A stretch of 64,000 nucleotides of DNA from Octopus bimaculoides. Lineage: Eukaryota. The position numbers and the translations under genes are program-made. The stretch is from assembly GCF_001194135.2 (NCBI RefSeq), contig NC_069000.1, forward strand, positions 18,438,573 to 18,502,572. Direction: 5' to 3'. This document shows positions 11,635 to 23,560 of this stretch, in pieces. Under the pieces are notes generated by a model that was not told where the DNA came from, searched no databases, and was given only the letters and a program-made list of their open reading frames with translations. Position 1 is the first letter of the stretch; every line of letters starts with the position of its first letter.

Positions 11635-14600
11635 NNNNNNNNNNNNNNNNNNNNNNNNNNNNNNNNNNNNNNNNNNNNNNNNNNNNNNNNNNNNNNNNNN
11701 NNNNNNNNNNNNNNNNNNNNNNNNNNNNNNNNNNNNNNNNNNNNNNNNNNNNNNNNNNNNNNNNNNNNNNNNNNNNNNNNNNNNNNNNNNNNNNNNNNNN
11801 NNNNNNNNNNNNNNNNNNNNNNNNNNNNNNNNNNNNNNNNNNNNNNNNNNNNNNNNNNNNNNNNNNNNNNNNNNNNNNNNNNNNNNNNNNNNNNNNNNNN
11901 NNNNNNNNNNNNNNNNNNNNNNNNNNNNNNNNNNNNNNNNNNNNNNNNNNNNNNNNNNNNNNNNNNNNNNNNNNNNNNNNNNNNNNNNNNNNNNNNNNNN
12001 NNNNNNNNNNNNNNNNNNNNNNNNNNNNNNNNNNNNNNNNNNNNNNNNNNNNNNNNNNNNNNNNNNNNNNNNNNNNNNNNNNNNNNNNNNNNNNNNNNNN
12101 NNNNNNNNNNNNNNNNNNNNNNNNNNNNNNNNNNNNNNNNNNNNNNNNNNNNNNNNNNNNNNNNNNNNNNNNNNNNNNNNNNNNNNNNNNNNNNNNNNNN
12201 NNNNNNNNNNNNNNNNNNNNNNNNNNNNNNNNNNNNNNNNNNNNNNNNNNNNNNNNNNNNNNNNNNNNNNNNNNNNNNNNNNNNNNNNNNTATATATGTA
12301 TGTATGTTTGTGTGTCTGTGTTTGTCCCCCCACCATCACTTGACAGCCGATGCTGGTGTGTTTACGTCCCCGTAATTTAGCGGTTCGGCAAAAGAGACCG
12401 ATAGAATAAGTACTAGGCTTCCAAAGAATAAGTCCTGGGGTTGATTTGCTCGACTAAAGGCGGTGCTCCAGCATGGCCGCAGTCAAATGACTGAAACAAG
12501 TAAAAAAAAAAAAAGAGTATATATATATATATATATATTACACATACACGTATATTCTATGGATAGGAAGTTATGATGACACACTGACACTCAACTCTGG
12601 CTGCACAGTTCCTTATAGCAGAAACAGTTGTAAGCTAATGAAGGTAATGACGTAACTCTAGTTCTTATATCATTCATACAGACAACCACACATATACACA
12701 CACTAGCACCTCATGGTGACCCTACAAAGGGCCCAGCAATTCAAGTTGACAGCAGCATGGTAGCTAAATCAATTAACGACATGAAGACAGGGAAAGCTAA
12801 AGTATCATCAGAGATGTTTGAAATAGCTGCTGAGGTGGTACACATGATTATCACTAAAATAGTTAAATAATTTATACAGGCGCAGGAGTGGCTGTGTGGT
12901 AAGTAGCTTGCTTACCAACCACATGGTTCTGGGCTCATTCCCACTGTGTGGCACCTTGGGCAAGTGTCTTCTACTATAGCCTCGGGCCGACCAAAGCCTT
13001 GTGAGTGGATTTGGTAGACGGAAACTGAAAGAAGCCCGTCGTATATATGTATATGTATATGTGTGTATGTTTGTGTGTCTGTGTTTGTCCCCCCAACATC
13101 GCTTGACAACCGATGCTGGTGTGTTTATATCCCCGTAACTTAGCGGTTCGGCAAAACAGACCGATAGAATAAGTACTAGGCTTCTAAAGAATAAGTCCTG
13201 GGGTCGATTTGCTCGACTAAAGGCGGTGCTCCATCTTGGCCACAGTCAAATGACTGAAACAAGTAAAAGAGGAAGATGTCACACCCAATGATTTGCGTAA
13301 TAGTATTCGTCGTAAATTGCAAAAGGGTAAAGGAGATACTTTGGAGAGAAGAAACAGAAGGAGACTCAAACTACTGAATCAGATTATGAAGGTGATGCAG
13401 AGAGTCACAGCACACAAGTGATCTGTAACAAAGTAGACCTAGCAGAGATGCAGTTTGACTCTGGGCCCAGAAGAGGTACCACAGATGCAATATTACTAGT
13501 GAGAGAACTACAAGAGAGACTTAGAAAAGGTATTTCACAGGGTACCACATTCAGCAATCTGGTGGTCACAAAGTAAACTACATGTAGAATAGTGGCTTGT
13601 GAAAACTGTACAAACTATATACAAACATGCAACTGTTAGCATATAACAAATCCTCATTCAGATCTCATCCCAATGCTGGATATCCAAGAACGAAATGAAG
13701 GGCAGATTTTTAATCCCATACTCACCCTGGTTCCAAAAAGGTATAATATATCTATGTAGAGCAAATGTAGACTGAGACACAGGGGTCCTGGATGGACTGA
13801 CAGAATTTCACGTTTATTATTACAGACGGTCCTACAGAGGAGTTCAAGACTGGTTGTCCATAGGAACCCCTGTATGCTGATGATCTAGTTCTCATAATTG
13901 AATCTATTTGGGAATTACAGAGGAAAGTACAGGCACAGAAGTTAAACCTAGAATTGAGAGGCCTCAGGGTATACTTAGCAAAAAGTGAATAAGAAAGAAG
14001 TCATGACATTGGTATCTTCAAGGAAATGGCCTTCCTCAATATGCATAAAAGGGGGTAGGTGTAAACACCATATGCTATACTCAATGTAAGCTATGGACAT
14101 ACAAGAGGTGTAGTGGAATCACAGGCAAACAAAGAGAAAATAAGTTTCATATATGACTGATGCACTAAGAGCAGTATGTGTTATGAGCACAGCAAAAAAC
14201 AGATTCTCTTATATACCCAGTTGGCTCACTAGAAGTAGCTTTTGTTACCTAGATGTAATTAGCAGGAGAGGTACTTAACTAAAAGTATAGTAACCAGGGT
14301 AAGAACCAGTTGGGAAAAATTCAGGAAGCCTCTACTGGTGCTGGCAACAAGTATTTTCCTTTAAAGTGAAAAGTAGATTGTATGATGAATGAATTAGAAC
14401 TGTGATGCTGCATGGTAGTGAGATATGGGTCTTAAATACACAAAACATGAAAAGAGCTGCAGAGAAATGAAGCTAGCATGCTCCGTTGGATGTGAAGTGT
14501 AATTGTGCCTGAACAACAAAGTGCAAATTTGTTGAGAGCAAAACTGGGCATGAGACATGAGAGGAATCCAATGATGTGTGCAAGAAAGAAGACTACACAG

Positions 14601-17600
14601 GTTGTTGTTGTTGGCACTCCGTCGCTTACGACGTCGAGGGTTCCAGTTGATCCGATCAACGGAACAGCCTGCTCATGAAATTAACGTGCAAGTGGCTGAG
14701 CACTCCACAGACACGTGTACCCTTAACGTAGTTCTCGGGGATATTCAGCGTGACACAGTGTGACAAGGCTGACCCTTTTGCATTACAGGCACAACAGAAA
14801 CAGGAAGAAAGAGTGAGAGAAAGTTGTGGTGAAAGAGTACAGCAGGGTTCGCCACCATCCCCTGCCGGAGCCTCGTGGAGCTTTAGGTTTTTACGCTCAA
14901 TAAACACTCACAACGCCCGGTCTGGGAATCGAAACCACGATTCTATGATCGCGAGTCCGCTGCCCTAACCACTGGGCCATTGCGCCTCCACAGGTATGGA
15001 CAAGTGATATATATGGATGAGGACAGTTTCACTAAAAAGTGCGTATTACTTAATGTGGATGGGACCTACAGAAGTGGAGGAACCCAGGAAGGTATAGGAC
15101 AAAGTGGTAAACCTCATGCAGAAGACAAAGGACTGATATAACTGGCAATATGCAGTTCTCAAGAAGACACACTCATCTCAACAAAACAGATTCTGTAAGC
15201 ACAATGTGTGTGTGTGTGTGTATGAGTGCATATGCACAACTGCTTCTCACACACAAAAATCATACCCTGACTGCCCAATTCACTAAAGACATTACCACTA
15301 CCCACCATCTCTCTAACAGCACAATTCTGTTATTGTATTTAAATGTGACTAGAACTGCACACTTCATCAGCTTTTTCCTGATACCCCCTTATCTTTCTTA
15401 ATATAGAAAACCAGTTTCCATCTACCAAATTCACTTGCAAGGCATTGGTTGAACAGAGACTAGAGTAGAAAATACTTGCCCAAGGTGCTACACAGTATTT
15501 AATTCAAGAGTTTCAAAGAACTTGGTATTTCTATGGCTTACTTGCTCCTCCTCAGGATATAGTTGCCACTGGCTCAAGTAAAACTCATTAACCTTTCACA
15601 GGCTTTTTTTTTCTGAGTGGTGGGAGTAGTTCAATCTTGCCAAATGCTAACAGATCCTCCTCAGTAGGGAAAGACTAGTCGGGGCTTAGTTAAGTTTGCT
15701 AACTACTCGACCATGAGCACGTAGCTAGCACTGAATTACCTGGTTACCAGTAGTAAGGTTCTAAGACAGTTGCAGTATTGCAAAACATGAGAACATGCTA
15801 AAGAATACAGAATCCATCAAAAGTAATTATACCATACATTTGTGGACTTCCAAACAACTTTTGACAAGTTAAGAAGAGAAGCGTTGAGGTGTATCATAAA
15901 TAAATACAATATCCCAATGCATCTAATCAGAAAACTGTAAAAGCTATATGAGGAAAGTATTTGTGCAGTTCTAAACAACATAAAGGTTAAACAAGCAAGT
16001 GTGTAAGACAGAGCTGCCCCAAAGGGCTTAAAAATCTTTTCAATTTACCTAAATAAATTACAATAGATACACTATATAGGAGGGCACAGTAAAGACTGAC
16101 GGTAGAATGATGACAATGTAAGATTTGCTGTGATATTGCTGATTTATAATAGCAGATTCTAAAGACAAATTATCTGATGTCGCAAAGAGGCTAGGATAAG
16201 ACAAGGAAATCAATTGTGAAAAAAACCAGGTCATTGTGACAGGAGAACAACACAGAACAATGGTACCAGCATGGATGCAGTTAAAATCAATGACATTCAG
16301 TCAGAATCAGTGGATGCATTCATGCAAAATCAAGATAAAGACACAAACTGCAATAGCAACAACAGAATTAGCAAAGGAAATGAGCAATATTTGAGCAGTA
16401 AGAACATTGCAATGAGTGACAAACTAAGACTAATGCAATCTATGATGACTGCATTTGTATTGTATGGATGTGAGATATGGACGTACATAAAAACATTGAG
16501 ATGGAATTATCAGCATTCAAAACGAGATGTTTTTACAGAATTCTTGGCATTACATGGTAGGGTTGCTGGTACAACCAGTCAAACTTGGAACAATTTGATG
16601 TGATGGTTAGGGAGAGAAAACTAATAGAAACTGCAAAACGGAAAACACTGTAGTGGTTCTCTCACATCAGTAGGATGACAGGATCGTCTGCAGAAATAAG
16701 CATGTTTGGTAAAAATGGAAGGTAAACAGTGAAGGCAACCAAGAAGAGGCTTGTTCGATGATTTTGAGATATGAATTATGATGAAATCCTCAGAGATATG
16801 AAGAAAGGAGTGGAAAACATTGCTACAAAATTCAAGTTTTTCAATAGTAAAAGTGCTTTGGGAACAACCTGTGTGTAATAAAGACTCTAACAAAAATTGT
16901 ACGCTTATCAAACAACTATTGGAAAGAACAGAGAAACTAATTTAATTAAAATCAGTAGACAATAATTAAATGCTTTGCGGTATTTAGTTTCTTCTTTTTT
17001 TTTACGTTCTAAGTTAACTTGGGTCAACTTTGCCTAAGTACGTTTCCGGGTTCAATAAATTATGGGCAACATTAAAATGTGTGATTTTGTATCCAAATAA
17101 TAAAGTGGAAAATATCACTACCATTACAAAAATCAAAATACAAGGTCAAGGTAATCTTTACTTAAAGCGGCGTCAATTAACAGGAAACTAACAACATCGG
17201 AGAATGTACAAAATTTATTAGGCTTTTGTACAAATTTACTTATTATTGATTAAATGAAACGGACAACAAATCGCATCTTTTCGAAATTCATCTTGACTAA
17301 GTCACTACAATATAGTGCAAATGTATTTATTTAAATTTTATAACTCCATTCATAATTTTCTCTTACAAATAAATAACAGAATTTTTGTTTACTTTTCAGT
17401 AATGCTAGCTTCACAAATTAAATAATAAATAATAAACAACCGATTTTAAGAGTTTACGTATTCGTTTCAGTCATCTAGAGTAGCGAAATTTTTTTTATAC
17501 ATTCTTCATCATTACTGGGCTTCTTTAATTGACGCCGCTTTAATTAAAGATTTCTTGTTGAAGAAAGTAACCTTTTAAATCGACTGAGTATCTTACTGGT

Positions 17601-18786
17601 ATCTATTTTACAGAGACATCAGGAAAGAAATAAAGTATACAAAATAGACTATCTAAAGAGCAGCTTCCGCATCCTTGGGATGGATGTGAGGACTTTTCAC
17701 AAATCCCGTAAGGTTGCTGCGAACACTCTTCCAAAATGTATTGCTGTTCCCATGCTTTATCTAAAAATCTTTTGTCAAACACCTGCCACTTTCATCTACA
17801 TAAGGATAGACGAGTCAACGGGGAGCCTGTATCACCGCTCGACCTTCTAGAAACAGCATCCCTTAATCACATCTTACTCTCTGGAAAAAGAAAAGAAAAT
17901 GAAGGGCATGTAATTAGAGATACACTTTAAGAATATAAGAGACGGGATGGCTAAGGAGGGGAAATCTTTTTATCAGAGATGTGACCTGGAGTCTGATATA
18001 CAACGACATCTTAAGGGTACCTTGGAGCCAATGAGGGAACCTTTTAGCGGTCATTCCACCTGCTAGAAATACCTGCTAAATATACACCAAATCAAATTCT
18101 ACTGTTTTAAAAAAAGGAAAAGAAACGTAATATAGTCTTAGAGATCCTAAAAAGGCAAGAAGGCCACGGCTGGAATTCCCTTAATCAGGGATCATCTACG
18201 ACTAAGACAATAACATTAGGGTATCCTTATAGTTTTTTAAGTGAACATAAATTTCTATTTTCGTTTTTGCGGTGGTTCACAGGCGAACTCAGGGAGTAGA
18301 ACAAAACCTTAACTGTTATTGATAACTATTAATAAACAAAACAAAAAGATAAAACATGGAAACACTGAAGAAAAATAAACTGCAAATTATATTTGTATTT
18401 ATATCGAGACTTATAAAATGTGTACAGAGTTCCTTGTGCAAGGAAATACCTGCTGAAATAGTGTTTATTTGAATTTAAATTATTCGAAAAATTAAACGGG
18501 AACCTGTCGTTAACAGTCGGAAATAATTCAAACGGAGGACAATTTGAAATGGATCACCGTTATTCGCAAGAATCGAAACAAGTTTTATTTGTTGTTTTTC
18601 CTAATTTTTCGGTTATTTTTTAAAATTTAAATTCATAGTTTTTCTTTAACGTATATTTGTTTTATTTCATCTGTTTATGTCACAGAAACAAACAAGTTAT
18701 GACCTATTTCTATGAATGAGTGTGTATACGTGTGTGTGTGTCTGTGTGTATATATAAATATATATGTGTGTGTATACATATACATA

Positions 18787-18817
<31 letters not shown>

Positions 18818-19087
18818 CTTACTCATACACTACAAACATAGACAGCCTCGCACATTTTCATATAGATCGACACACAAAATCATTAAACATAATGCATCAG
18901 TGTACGCACTCATAAACACACACATATGTGTATATGCGTGTTACATATATATAAATTGTTAACTCACCACTTTCAAATCAAGTACTCCATCTTTGGCTTC
19001 CTGTAATAAAGATACGAATTTGGTGGTGAGAAGTCCAAGACTCTTCTCGTGTCGACTGGGTGTGGTGTGATCGGTTGCAGCCATCAT
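1081..19087 (-). CDS. E2F4/5: E2F4/5-family transcription factor, copy A (5' part; exons 1-2 only, continues beyond position 1)
   Basis: Exon 1 19087-18968 and exon 2 1190-1081 join in phase 0 across a 17.8-kb GT-AG intron to give [76 protein letters not shown]. Confidence 0.93.
1380..1745 (+). mobile_element. SINE-like repeat, (GAT)n-tailed family
   Basis: Contains aaaagcaccca...aggaagggcatccagcc...ccaacccatgcca; related copies at about 9690-9880, 21660-21770, 23150-23735, 35710-35945, 36650-36830, 40512-40592, 46550-46745, 49985-50230 and 51990-52130. Confidence 0.75.
3296..3430. repeat. Short foldback element
   Basis: ttcattagcttacagctgtt...aacagctgtaagctaatgaa inverted arms of about 50 bp. 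Confidence 0.75.
3627..4017. repeat. Near-perfect 391-bp palindrome (188-bp arms, 15-nt loop)
   Basis: 3627-3814 is the reverse complement of 3830-4017 with few mismatches; loop gcagctgttacttga. Confidence 0.95.
5771..5821 (-). promoter_or_regulatory. E2F + ETS motif pair inside intron 1 of copy A
   Basis: TTTTGGCGCGC (minus, 5811-5821) next to palindromic TTCCGGAA (5800-5807) in a locally CpG-rich, repeat-free stretch. Confidence 0.4.
6140..6345 (-). mobile_element. (TA)n-flanked Penelope-type repeat with minimal hammerhead-like motif
   Basis: Minus strand TCTTT-CTGTTGA-A-GAGCgtaGCTC-GAAACGT-T-AAAGA. A related copy in the opposite orientation at about 9380-9480 shares gaagagc..gctcgaaacgt and cccgagcgtc. 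Confidence 0.5.
6358..6695 (-). mobile_element. tRNA-derived SINE
   Basis: Minus-strand head with A-box-like tggctcagtag and B-box-like gagttcgattcc. Confidence 0.7.
7639..8700 (-). mobile_element. Decayed Tc1/mariner transposon (frameshifted transposase)
   Basis: ORFs 8676-8296 (HTH region, LGKWVP), 8284-8075 (RLVTCEK, decayed xVTGDEKW) and 8069-7830 ([21 protein letters not shown]); terminal repeat caggtcatcctataagtaatg at about 7641. 5' boundary uncertain. Confidence 0.92.
8805..9205. mobile_element. Tigger/pogo-like MITE (degenerate)
   Basis: Right end cgcgatagtcgagggattact with a partially matching left end ctcctcagtatatcgcg. Confidence 0.45.
10975..11251. mobile_element. hAT (Charlie-like) MITE, 277 bp
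   Basis: TIRs CAGGGGTTTTTCAAACT / AGTTTGAAAACCCCTG; perfect 8-bp TSD GTTTAGCT (10967-10974, 11252-11259). Confidence 0.92.
12291..12515 (+). mobile_element. SINE 3' half (5' part in gap)
   Basis: Near-identical to 13050-13270. Confidence 0.85.
12879..13270 (+). mobile_element. Full-length tRNA-derived SINE (octopus OK-like)
   Basis: gcaggagtggctgtgtggtaag...(TA/TG)n...aaatgactgaaacaagtaaaaga. Other copies: about 20100-20450(-), 23020-23150(-), 24635-24750(+), 26845-27160(+), 34330-34706(-), 37785-38228(-), 42150-42300(-), 43930-44095(-), 50800-51099(-). Confidence 0.88.
14601..14992 (-). mobile_element. tRNA-derived SINE (octopus OR-like), young copy
   Basis: Head TGGCCCAGTGG (A box) and GGTTTCGATTCC (B box), (CAA)n tail; a related older copy at about 48370-48655(+). 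Confidence 0.85.
15760..16930 (+). mobile_element. Second decayed RTE-like LINE fragment
   Basis: Remnants of FVDF..FDK, VRQ(G/S)C, RFA(D)DI and a C-terminal GR-K-W-DD-like segment; heavily disrupted. Confidence 0.7.
17147..17557. mobile_element. Inverted-repeat-bounded element (MITE, family undetermined)
   Basis: ttaaagcggcgtcaattaa / ttaattgacgccgctttaa plus about 15 bp of further imperfect IR; no clear TSD. Confidence 0.65.
18968..19087 (-). CDS. E2F4/5: E2F4/5 copy A coding exon 1
   Basis: 40 codons; [30 protein letters not shown] is identical to the recalled vertebrate E2F4 segment; donor GTG|gtgagt. Confidence 0.95.
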
Positions 19088-19382
19088 TCAGCAAAAGCAC
19101 CAACCGTTTGGTTGGACGAATAAAACAGCACACTGGGTACAGCAACAACCAACACCACCACTACCTCCGCCACCATCGTAACACCACTATATTCTCCTCC
19201 TCCTCCTCTCTGGCTGCTGTTGTTCCTTCTCCTTCTTATCTTCCTCCCTCCTCTTTCTGCTTCTTTCGCTTATGCTGATTGTTACTGCTGCTATTGCTGG
19301 ATACTTACTCCAGCACACCTTGCGGTGTTTATACACCTTGTAGAACTGACACACAAACACATACGAGATGTGTAGCATACTG

Positions 19383-19641
19383 GGGTACTACTAAAGCAGC
19401 ACGGTCCCGAACGCGCAGTCGCGCAGTCGCGCGTCCGCGCTAGCTAGTCTTGAGTGGTCGATCCTAACCCTAACCCTATCCCTATCCGTAACCCTAACCC
19501 TGTCCCTAACCCTAACCCTATCCCTAACCCGCGTGTGCAAATGAATACGTGTTTAGGGTTAGGGTTAGGATCGACCACTCACGACTAGCTAGCGCGGACG
19601 CGCGACTGCGCGTTCGGGACCGTGCTGCTTTAGTAGTACCC
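19383..19641. mobile_element. MITE with about 90-bp TIRs, internal telomeric (CCCTAA/TTAGGG) arrays and 6-bp TSD
   Basis: GGGTACTACTAAAGCAGCACGGTCCCGAACG... mirrored at the right end; TSD ATACTG (19377-19382, 19642-19647). Confidence 0.92.
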
Positions 19642-21269
19642 ATACTGAATGCAGATAGAAATATAATGATATATATATTTATATGTACGCACAGATATAA
19701 AGTAATAGTCATAATGAGAGTTAACCCTGGTTGATCAGACTTGTGGTTAAAAGCAATCCAACCGTGACTATCTCGTCTGTTTGTATATCAGTAACGAACG
19801 AATCGTTCTGTAATTAAGACAGTATAGCGTGATTTGAGAGAGATTTAGTTGCTATTACTAGCGTCGGTGAAATATACATCCACTGTGAAATACACATCGA
19901 TATATGAACTCACACGTGTTCACACACACACATACACGCGCGCGCGCACTAACTATATCAAGTTCGGGTAGATGCTGGTGTACTGAATGACATACACAAT
20001 AATTTATGATGAATCGAAATTTTGACTCTTAGAGAAAGAAAACAAAAGCCTAATGGCGATCGCAAATGACTCTGAAGTAAATTAGAAACAAATGTTATTA
20101 TTTTACTTGTTTCAGTAATTGGACTATGACCATGCTGGGGCACCGCCTTATAGGGTTTAGTCGAACAATTCGATGCCAGTACTTGTTTTTTAAGTCTAGC
20201 GCTTATTCTGTCAGTCCCTCTGCCGAACCGCTATGTTAAGGGACGTAAGCAATCCAACACCGGTTGTCCAAGAAGTGGTAGGAGATAAACACAGACACAC
20301 ACATAGATGTATACATACACGCACATACACTCACGCATACACATATACACACACGACGGGCTACTTTCTGTTTCCATCTAACAAAACCACTAAGGTTTTA
20401 GTCAGCCCATGGCTAAAGCAGAAGACATTTACCTAAGGTGCTGTACGTGTGTACTGCATTAAATATATCATCACCAACTTGAATTATTTAAATTTATGCC
20501 ATTGGCCCTCTTGAGTTATTTCCCTTAGCTCACTTTTTTTTTGTTATTAAACAATATATACTGGCCAAAAATCTACATAGCCGTTTTACTCTCTCACTGA
20601 TGAATCTAATAAGACCAAAACAATATCCAAATCTCTCATCTTGCTTGCTAATAAGTTTTAGGTTTTCCTCCTAAGAATAAACATTCAATTTACAGTGAAA
20701 TTAATCTATAGTTTCTAGAAATAATTTTTCCCTTTCTGTGTCACTAACAATTTCTGCAATGCCTTTTGTTTTTGTTTTTTGTTTTTTTTTCAAACTAAGA
20801 TATAAATTTCAATTCATTAAAACTGTTTTTGCATGTAATCACCTATATGAATTACCTAAATTCATTCCAATGGACCATTTTAGTTATTTCCCTTAGCATA
20901 CTATTTATAATAATCTACTATTACTATACATAGATAGAATGAGACACTCACTGTCCAATGACACCTTTATCTAAGATAGCAGAGTGTAATTTGAGGGAAT
21001 TTGGTTGCTGTCACAAGCAGGACAAATGACTCTGAGTAGAGTAGTGACAGTCGTATAGGTTACATGTGCACACACAAACACATGTAGTACGACACTGGTA
21101 TATGAACAGAGACTAACATTTACACAAGCAAATGAAGGTACTGCCATTGCATTCTATCATTTTGTTAAAAAAAAAACACTGCCATGGCTCCCATACTATC
21201 TCTTAACAAGGAAGGGCACACTAGTTTTCTCTGCCTTTGAAAAGTAGGAGGGTCTCAGCCAAAATAACT

Positions 21270-21495
21270 TTAACCCTTTAGCAAGCAAACCAGCTATATC
21301 CAGTTCAAATATTCTACTTGGTTTTTGCTCAATCTGACTATCCAGCTTTCCACACTAACACTACAATATATTTATGAAACTTCACATCCCTTCATTGAAA
21401 TCTCAAAAGCTATGAGATAATGCATGCTTAGTTCAAAACCATGTGAATAAATTAGCATTACATTTGATAAAGTAATATGAATACTAAGAGGTTAA
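21270..21495. mobile_element. piggyBac-like MITE (TTAA-CCCTTTAGCA...TGCTAAAGGG-TTAA family)
   Basis: TTAA|CCC terminus; related copies at about 40481-40796 (with a SINE tail inserted), 42919-43132, 47305-47497 and 48150-48275. Confidence 0.65.
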
Positions 21496-22714
21496 TGACA
21501 ATTCTGTTGGGATTACTTTTAACCTGGGGTTGAATAAAAACAACACTGTATAAATACCATTTGAACAGAGAAACACATAAACATAACATAAATAGGAACA
21601 AACAGTTATATATGTATCCCTGTAGTTATATTTATATCTTTGTGTGTGTTTGTAGTGAATCGTCATCATCATCATTTCATGTCTGTTGCCCATGCTGGCA
21701 TGGGTTGGACGGTTTGACCAGAGCCAGCAAGCTAGGGAGCTGCACCAACTTGCCAGCTCTTGTCAAACCATAGTATACATAATGTGCTTATGCATCATTA
21801 TGTATGTATATATACAGACATCTATTATAACATGACCATGCCAGTTAGATGAAATTGATACGAGAAAATATAGTTTGTATGTATCATCATTGTTTAAACA
21901 TACACTTTTTTATGCTTACATGAGTCAATGCAAATTCCTTGAGTCAGATGTTCTTTATGACTAGACACTTTTTCTTTTGTGAATTTTCACTTTTTTTTTC
22001 CAAGCAAGGTAATATTTTCCTTTGTCCCTTAAACATGAATAATGCAATGACTGGACATATTTTCATGGATTACTGCAAACAAATGATATTGCTTGTATAC
22101 TAATTATGTTTGCTTACAATTAATGTGTGTGGCCATACTGAATTATTTCTCATATCTCATTTTCATTTCATCTATGCAAATTATCAAGGCCATAAATGGT
22201 TTCCATTCTTTACTCTCATCTGCAGAAGAATGTTTTCTACTCAAAGTGTTTCATCAACTGAAGAAACAGGACAATTGTTATACTGATGATGCCTATAGAC
22301 ATGGGTCCACAACTTTTCCCTTGTCTTAGGACAATCACAATTTTCTGCTTAATGGCATGTCAATTTTAGAGAATTTTTGAAATTATCTCCCTTCCTCATT
22401 TAAAGTTAGTACCAGTTGCCATCAAGCAACTTGGTCTACCATCTCTGGAAGTGGATATAATTTCATTAAATCAATTTATTTTGCATATTATTTAATATGT
22501 CTATATTCATCTTTGTTACTCAAAAACACACCACTCACAGATCATTAATATGCGGATGGACAGACAGATGGCTGTTTGTTTGTATGCATGTGTAGGAAAG
22601 TGGTTATACACCATTAGGTGTACTCTGCTTTTGTACATTAAATTTCTTGAAGAAACAACGGAACGCAGATCTGAACAACACAACAATATTTATTTACAGT
22701 GGAATTCGGCTCAC

Positions 22715-22956
22715 GCTTGGAGGGAATTTGGTAGCTCGTCGCCTCTGGTTACTGAGACGCCGTCAATGAAGTTCGTGGTTATTTGTGTAGCTCTAGTGCT
22801 GGAATGTTGGAGAGAACTCTGAGGGACGTCTAGGCTCGACGGAGATCAGCGAACGAAGAGAGTGAGAAAAGGCGCCAAAGCTGGGTGTCGAACTCCACGC
22901 ATGCGCATGAGATTCTTCCTGTATTCCTTCCGGAACTAGTCCCTGCGCATGCGTGG
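22715..22956 (-). promoter_or_regulatory. CpG-rich promoter-like module with candidate first exon, 3.6-3.9 kb upstream of copy A ATG
   Basis: E2F site TTTGGCGC (minus, 22872-22879); 13-bp perfect inverted repeat of NRF1-like ccacgcatgcgca (22895-22907 and 22944-22956); ETS CTTCCGG (22927-22933); donor AAGC|gtgagc at 22715. Confidence 0.5.
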
Positions 22957-23154
22957 ATAAAACTCCGGACATTGAACATATAACAGTCGTCTGCTATAGG
23001 TGTCACTACACATGTATCTGTTAGGTTTCTTTCAATTGCTGTTCACCAAACTCATTTGCTCTGTCCAGTGCTATAATAGAAAACACTTGTTCAAGGTGCC
23101 ACAGTTGAATTAAACTCAACTGGTTGGGAAGCAAACTTCTTAACCACGGCACAT

Positions 23155-23560
23155 AAAATATACCATTTGAGTATGGTCGTTGCTAGTGCTGCCTGACTGG
23201 CTCCTGTGCCAGTGGTATGTAAAAAGCACCATTCGAGCATGGTAGTTTCCAGTACTGCTTGAGTGGCTTCCATGCTGGTGACACATAAAAAGCAACATTC
23301 GAGCATGGTCATTTCCCAGTGCCGCCTGACTGGCTCCCGTGCCAGCAGCACGTAAACAGCAGCATTCGAATATGGTTGTTGCCAGTACCACCTGATTGGC
23401 CCCATGCTGGTGGCATGTAAAAAGCACCATTCGAGTGTGGTTATTGCCAGTGCCGCATGACTAGCCCCTGTGCCAGTGACGTGTAAAAAGCACTATTCGA
23501 GCATGGTCAATGCCAGTACCATCTGACTTGACCCCATGCCAGTGACACATAAAAAGCACC
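23155..23560 (+). repeat. About 66-bp tandem array (6 units plus a partial) inside a SINE-like repeat
   Basis: attcgag-like anchors at 23165, 23231, 23297, 23364, 23429 and 23495. Confidence 0.9.

Larger units (their letters stand above)
12720..15150 (+). mobile_element. Decayed RTE-clade LINE reverse transcriptase, interrupted by two SINEs
   Basis: Remnants: [31 protein letters not shown] (tatgctgatgat 13873-13884), VQERRL; many stops and frameshifts. Confidence 0.85.

Noticed and set aside
14930-14992. tRNA-like sequences with A and B boxes (also near 6640-6695, 12880-12950, 48375-48440)
   Set aside because: They continue into SINE bodies and tails and do not form complete cloverleafs; not tRNA genes.
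23091-23430. Repetitive ORFs and a possible CRISPR-like array
   Set aside because: Units are contiguous diverged repeats without unique spacers, inside a SINE in eukaryotic DNA; the ORFs simply translate the array.
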